NCBI GenBank assembly: GCA_965223795.1
Contig: CBDCXL010000002.1
Span: 70,105 to 134,104, forward strand
Source of the DNA: Nitrospinales bacterium
Lineage (GTDB): Bacteria > Nitrospinota > Nitrospinia > Nitrospinales > VA-1
Length of the DNA stretch: 64,000 bases
Direction of reading: 5' to 3'
Part shown: piece by piece, positions 60,181-64,000 of the stretch
How positions within the stretch are numbered: position 1 is the first letter of the stretch
Layout: each line of letters begins with the position of its first letter
Program-made: the position numbers and the translations under genes
The notes under the pieces: model-generated
Databases searched by the model: none
Told to the model about the DNA's origin: nothing
The model's input: the letters and a program-made list of their open reading frames with translations, nothing else

Positions 60181-60195
60181 CCGGCTTTAAGCCGG
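60181..60195. repeat. palindrome P9
   Basis: CCGGCTTtAAGCCGG. The core is related to P5. Confidence 0.6.
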
Positions 60196-60284
60196 GATAA
60201 GGGTTTCACTATGAGGTGGAGGGCCAGGAGAAGTAGACAGCCAAGCCCTTTGAAACCATCCACAAAAACCCTCCACCTCGTTTT

Positions 60285-60542
60285 TCAGTTCATTCGTTTT
60301 TCAAAATCGAGAAGTTTAGGCAGTCTCAGCTCACCATGATCCGTGAGCGATTTATAGAGAAGCTGAACCACCCTGTAGAAAATTTGATAGTCTCCTGTTC
60401 CAACTCTGTTTTCTTCCAGGAAATCCAGAACTTTATTGATCTTCATTTCGAAAAGCGGATCGCTCTCTTCCATTTCGATAGACCAGTTGGCATGATCCAG
60501 CAATACCCGTTGATCCGCGAACCACTGTTTGTCTCTAACCAT
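60285..60542 (-). CDS. hypothetical phage protein (85 aa)
   Basis: ORF in the operon context only. Confidence 0.5.
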   Translation of the reverse strand: MVRDKQWFADQRVLLDHANWSIEMEESDPLFEMKINKVLDFLEENRVGTGDYQIFYRVVQLLYKSLTDHGELRLPKLLDFEKRMN

Positions 60543-60569
60543 CGGTTTCTCCTGTTTTTTATTATTTAA

Positions 60570-61692
60570 TTAGAACGTCCGCGCGCCGCCGCGCGAACGC
60601 GCGTCGATGAGCCCGGCCATCACCGCCTCCTGGATCGTCGGCATCAAGTTCAGGATCTCCGCCCGCACCGTCGCCGCCACTCCGGTAGATATGTGCATGT
60701 GATTGACGACCGAACCGCTGCCCTGATGCCCCGGCGTTTCCACCGTGACGCGCTCGCCGCGGCTTGCCTTGAACGCCACCAGGTTCTGGTCGATGCCGCC
60801 GCGGCCGCCGACCGTGAACTGACCGCCGTGCGCAAATCCAATAAGTTTTCTAAGCGCTCCCACGTTCTCCTTCGTTCCATCCCCAAAAAGTGGCAATGTG
60901 ATGGTACTTCGAACTAAAGCCCGCGTGATATCCTGCATGATGGCTGTTGCGAAGTTCTTCAGCGCTTCCATTTTGTCCTGCGTGGTGGTGATGGCATCGA
61001 CGATGGAATTCTCGGTGGTCTGCCCGATGGCGGAGAAGAACTGGTTCACCTGGTCGCTGGTTTCCTTGCTTTTGCTGGTCAGGTCCGACAGCCGGCCTTC
61101 CAGCAGCGACTGCGCCTTCAGGAACTGGTCCGGCGTTTTGTCGAATTCGCCCAGGTCGGCGCGCGCCTTCAATTCGTCCATCTGCTTTTTCAGCCGCTCG
61201 ATCGGCGTTTCCGATTCGCGGAACACCTGGTTGAGCAGCTGCTGCGCCTCGCTGATTTTCGCGATCTGGCCGGGCACCGTGGACGCCGCGGCGAAAAATC
61301 CCTCGACATCTTCCTCCGCCCCCTCGAACGCCTCGCCAACCTTTTCCACCGCCTTCGAGGCGTTGAACGCTTCCAGCGCCAGGTCCTGAGTGCTTGTCTT
61401 TGCCTGTTTGTCCGCCTGCGCGGTCGAACGCGAAGCGCAGCTCCTGCAGCCGTTCAGTGGTGATGCCGATTCGGACTGCCGACTTGCCGATCTCGTCGGC
61501 GAAGTTCAGCGATTCCTTCGTCAGCTTGAGAAGCAACCCGCCAGTCAGGATGCCTGCCAATGTTCGCTGTAAACCGGCGAATGATTTGGTCAATCCGCCC
61601 AGTTGCCCGCGCGCGCGGTCCATGCCCTTGTTGAATTGATCACTTTCAAGCGATAGGATCGCTCGCAATTTTCCAATGTCGGCTGTAGCCAT
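60570..61692 (-). pseudogene. short phage tail tape-measure-like protein, frame broken near 61408-61420
   Basis: N-terminus (..FADEIGKSAVRIGITTERLQELRFAFDRAG) is in one frame. The rest (ADKQAKTSTQDLALEAFNAS... to ..GGRGGIDQNLVAFKASRGERVTVETP..) is in the +1 frame. ATG 61692 has an AGGAG RBS. Confidence 0.6.
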
Positions 61693-61694
61693 TT

Positions 61695-63386
61695 TCAAAA
61701 ACTCCTTTGAAGATATCTGCCGGTTGGCAAATCATAAATCAGCGTAACCATCCCGGGTTGACCTACTTCTCGGAACCGGACTTTCTGCACGTGAATTTGA
61801 ACCTCCCTCGATGCCGGTTGCGAAATATCCCGCCACACCGTGATGCAGTTGTCCGCCTTGTTTCTCCAATGAGCGGAACCGCTCACGTCATAAGGCGTGG
61901 GAACCGGATAATTTCCATTCGAATTTTTCTGCAACTTTGTGGGATGGGCCACCAGCCACACGTGAACCTGATAAGTCCGAGCGAAACGCCGAATCTTTGT
62001 GAGCGCGGCGCTGATGTATTCGGTCTCGGACATGCCAGATGGGCGGCTGTGATCCAGTTCATTCCATGGATCGAGCACAAGACCGCGAATGCCTTTCCGA
62101 AAAACCAGCGCCCGCGCAAGGCGAAGGACGCCTTCGACAGTTAAATCATCCTCATCCGGCAAAATGAAAGTGAAGTGCTCCCCAAGCCATTTAAGTCCCC
62201 GCTCTACATCGTCGCTCCCCATGCGTGGCGTTGGGCCGTCCGGAAATGGTTTTCGAATTCTTTTTTCCAGCAACTTCGCGGCGTGCCGCTCCAGTGGGAG
62301 GTTCTCGGGGGAACAGATCCCAAAGTTCCAGCCTTCCGATTCCGCCAAGTTGACCAGCATGGCATCAAGAAGTTCAGATTTCCCATGAGAGGGAATACCC
62401 GTCACCAACGTCCACTCACCAGGCCGCACGCTGTAATATTTTTTAAGCGACAACCAGCCCGGATCTGCGCCGCCTGTGAGTCCTTCAGCGTGTAGGGCCC
62501 GGACTTTTTCAGCGATGTCTCGAACCTCATGAAGCCCCCGGATCGGGTAAGGTTTAGCAGTTTCTATGCACGTGCGCACCGCCTCCGGGCCATGATTCCG
62601 CAATACATCATTCGCATCCTTGCATCCTTCCGGCCAGTTCACCAGATGGCATTTTTCTGGCCCCAGGCGCCGCGCAAGCTCAGATTCCAGTTTTTTCCCT
62701 TGCACGTCATTGTCCCCAGCCAAAACGTGTTTTTTGACCGGTTCAATTACCTCTGTGCATCCTTCCAGGAAACCCAGCTTATCGGCCGCGCCATTCGGCA
62801 CCGATACGCATGAAGGGAATCCCGCCGCCTCGATGGACAGCTTGTCCAGCTCCCCCTCAACCCAGATCAATTCATCCGTCTGGATGTCGTCATACCCGTA
62901 CAAGGTGCGCTGCGCGTCCTTGACCAGCTTGAAGTTTTTCTCACGGTCTCGGAATTTAACATTAACCACTTGGCCGTTTTTTAGGTACGGAAACCGAATC
63001 ACGTCCACTTTCGTTTGAGCCTGGGGCATCCACTCCAGCCCAGTGGACACTTGATTCCGGTCCAGGATGTGCTCGGGGATGCAACGCTCATCAACCAAGT
63101 ACTGGTATGCCCATTCAGGCAGTTCTGCTTTTGAGTACTCAATACGCCTGGAGTTGTGTTTCGTCGAACTGGTCACCGATCCGTTCCCATTCAGCTCCCG
63201 GTTCGCCTTCAACCCATCCTTCCAGCCACAGTGGTGGCAGAACCACGTCTCCTTGTTGATGTTGACCGCCAGGCAGGGATCTTTTTTATTCCGCCTGGAA
63301 TCGCTGCATTGCGGGCACGTGGTTTTTACCTCCCCCGCGGTCCGCCCCCGGGTGTCGATGCCGTGGTCGATAAACGATCCTGTCAC
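61695..63386 (-). CDS. bifunctional primase-helicase (T7 gp4-like: Zn finger, TOPRIM and DnaB/RecA-type helicase)
   Basis: Start moved to GTG 63386 (GGAGG 7 nt upstream, GTGA overlap). CPQC...CHHC, VEGELDKLS, GDNDVQG, and Walker A GIPSHGKS. Confidence 0.88.
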   Translation of the reverse strand: MTGSFIDHGIDTRGRTAGEVKTTCPQCSDSRRNKKDPCLAVNINKETWFCHHCGWKDGLKANRELNGNGSVTSSTKHNSRRIEYSKAELPEWAYQYLVDERCIPEHILDRNQVSTGLEWMPQAQTKVDVIRFPYLKNGQVVNVKFRDREKNFKLVKDAQRTLYGYDDIQTDELIWVEGELDKLSIEAAGFPSCVSVPNGAADKLGFLEGCTEVIEPVKKHVLAGDNDVQGKKLESELARRLGPEKCHLVNWPEGCKDANDVLRNHGPEAVRTCIETAKPYPIRGLHEVRDIAEKVRALHAEGLTGGADPGWLSLKKYYSVRPGEWTLVTGIPSHGKSELLDAMLVNLAESEGWNFGICSPENLPLERHAAKLLEKRIRKPFPDGPTPRMGSDDVERGLKWLGEHFTFILPDEDDLTVEGVLRLARALVFRKGIRGLVLDPWNELDHSRPSGMSETEYISAALTKIRRFARTYQVHVWLVAHPTKLQKNSNGNYPVPTPYDVSGSAHWRNKADNCITVWRDISQPASREVQIHVQKVRFREVGQPGMVTLIYDLPTGRYLQRSF

Positions 63387-63910
63387 AGCACCACCTCCCC
63401 CCGGCCGGCGCTGTTCATCTCTGCTTGTGACACGCGGCCATTCCCCTTTGCCTGGCGTTGTATGCACAGCTGGTCCCATTGCTTCCGCAATTTTCCGGGG
63501 CTCAGTATATTTGAGCGCCAGAATAAATTTGCATTCGCCCAAGTGAACAGATCGCGGATCTCCTGATGCGCTCGACCGTCTCGTTCCCGCATCAATCTGA
63601 TATCGTCCGCCCAGGAATTCAGATTGGGTTGCTTAAAATCTTCCTTGAGAGTCCGGATCTTCTCCAGGATAAACTCCGCGGTTTCGAGATCCACCGTGGT
63701 GAATTTTTGGGTTCTTCTGGCGGTAAAATTTTCAGAAGGAGAAGCGTCCGGAATCTTTGATTCCGGCACATTATTCTTTTGATTTTGTAAAAGGCTTTCG
63801 TTAGAAGTGCCATTTTTGGCCCCTCTAGCTTGTTTTGGCGTTATTTTTGAAGTACTTACAGAAGTGCCATTCTTGGCACTTCTTACAAAAGTTGGCACTT
63901 CACTATACAA
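63383..63910 (-). CDS. hypothetical protein upstream of the primase-helicase (possible replication/origin-associated); start uncertain
   Basis: The C-terminal half looks protein-like (..FWRSNILSPGKLRKQWDQL..). The N-terminal ~35 codons overlap the iteron DNA, so the true start may lie further downstream. Confidence 0.5.
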   Translation of the reverse strand: MYSEVPTFVRSAKNGTSVSTSKITPKQARGAKNGTSNESLLQNQKNNVPESKIPDASPSENFTARRTQKFTTVDLETAEFILEKIRTLKEDFKQPNLNSWADDIRLMRERDGRAHQEIRDLFTWANANLFWRSNILSPGKLRKQWDQLCIQRQAKGNGRVSQAEMNSAGRGEVVL

Positions 63911-63958
63911 AAGTTGGCACTTCTCTCCTTCTCCAGAAGTGCCATTTTTGGCCCCTCT
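63803..63958. repeat. iteron cluster built on GAAGTGCCA / TGGCACTTC
   Basis: 24-bp direct repeat AGAAGTGCCATTTTTGGCCCCTCT at 63803-63826 and 63935-63958. Palindrome AGAAGTGCCAttctTGGCACTTCT at 63860-63883. AAAAGTTGGCACTTC at ~63887-63901 and ~63909-63923. Confidence 0.85.
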
Positions 63959-64000
63959 GGATTTTGAAATAGGACGCCACTTGGTTATCTGAATGCCAAG

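Larger units (their letters stand above)
50674..64000. mobile_element. putative integrated phage-derived element (defective prophage or satellite) abutting the tRNA; right end beyond the window
   Basis: Begins at the tRNA 3' end. Phage genes (capsid, TerS x2, tape measure, primase-helicase) plus umuDC and AT-rich cargo. No integrase or att repeat seen inside the window. Confidence 0.5.

Noticed and set aside
60570-61698. ORFs 60850-61698 and 60570-61349 considered as two genuinely overlapping genes.
   Set aside because: The distal part of the first ORF is Gly/Arg-rich nonsense, while the second frame continues the tape-measure-like sequence. A single frameshifted gene explains both.
63870-63925. 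Three TTGGCAC motifs considered as sigma-54 -24 elements.
   Set aside because: None is followed by TTGC at the required N5 spacing. They are halves of the GAAGTGCCA/TGGCACTTC iterons.

Overview
GC-rich bacterial chromosomal window; I cannot assign a taxon from the sequence alone. It has three parts. (1) nt 1-16.9 kb is a copper/haem redox locus. Two tandem paralogous ~1650-aa secreted multicopper oxidases (MCOs) are interleaved with a tri-haem cytochrome c, an orphan ECF sigma factor, a frameshifted ferritin-like gene, a cupredoxin-like protein and DegP. An EB_dh/NxrC-like haem-b subunit ends at the left edge. (2) nt 17-50.4 kb is mostly housekeeping: cysH, thiL, secA, and the rpsF-ssb-rpsR-DUF2232-rplI-dnaB operon, plus TPR proteins, CNNM/CorC paralogues, an orphan ABC substrate-binding protein and a ferredoxin. 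Two oddities sit here: a histone-H1-like::DksA fusion, and a 1.27-kb AT-rich two-gene cassette bounded by 31-bp terminal inverted repeats and a 6-bp direct repeat (TGATTG), with no transposase. (3) From an initiator-like tRNA-Met (50597-50673) to the right edge lies a phage-derived element. It carries a umuD-umuC-SRAP operon (SRAP broken by a 13-bp tandem duplication), an AT-rich trio with a stand-alone FtsH-type M41 peptidase, a Red-beta/RecT-like protein, two P27-family small terminase genes, an HK97 capsid gene, a short frameshifted tape-measure-like gene, a T7 gp4-like primase-helicase and an iteron cluster. No portal, large terminase or integrase is visible. Its intergenic regions hold a family of GC-arm/AT-centre palindromes with compensatory arm changes. 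The best candidates for something new are the TIR/TSD cassette, the AT-rich M41-peptidase trio, the palindrome family and the giant MCO pair. All functional calls come from motif recognition by eye; no database search was run.
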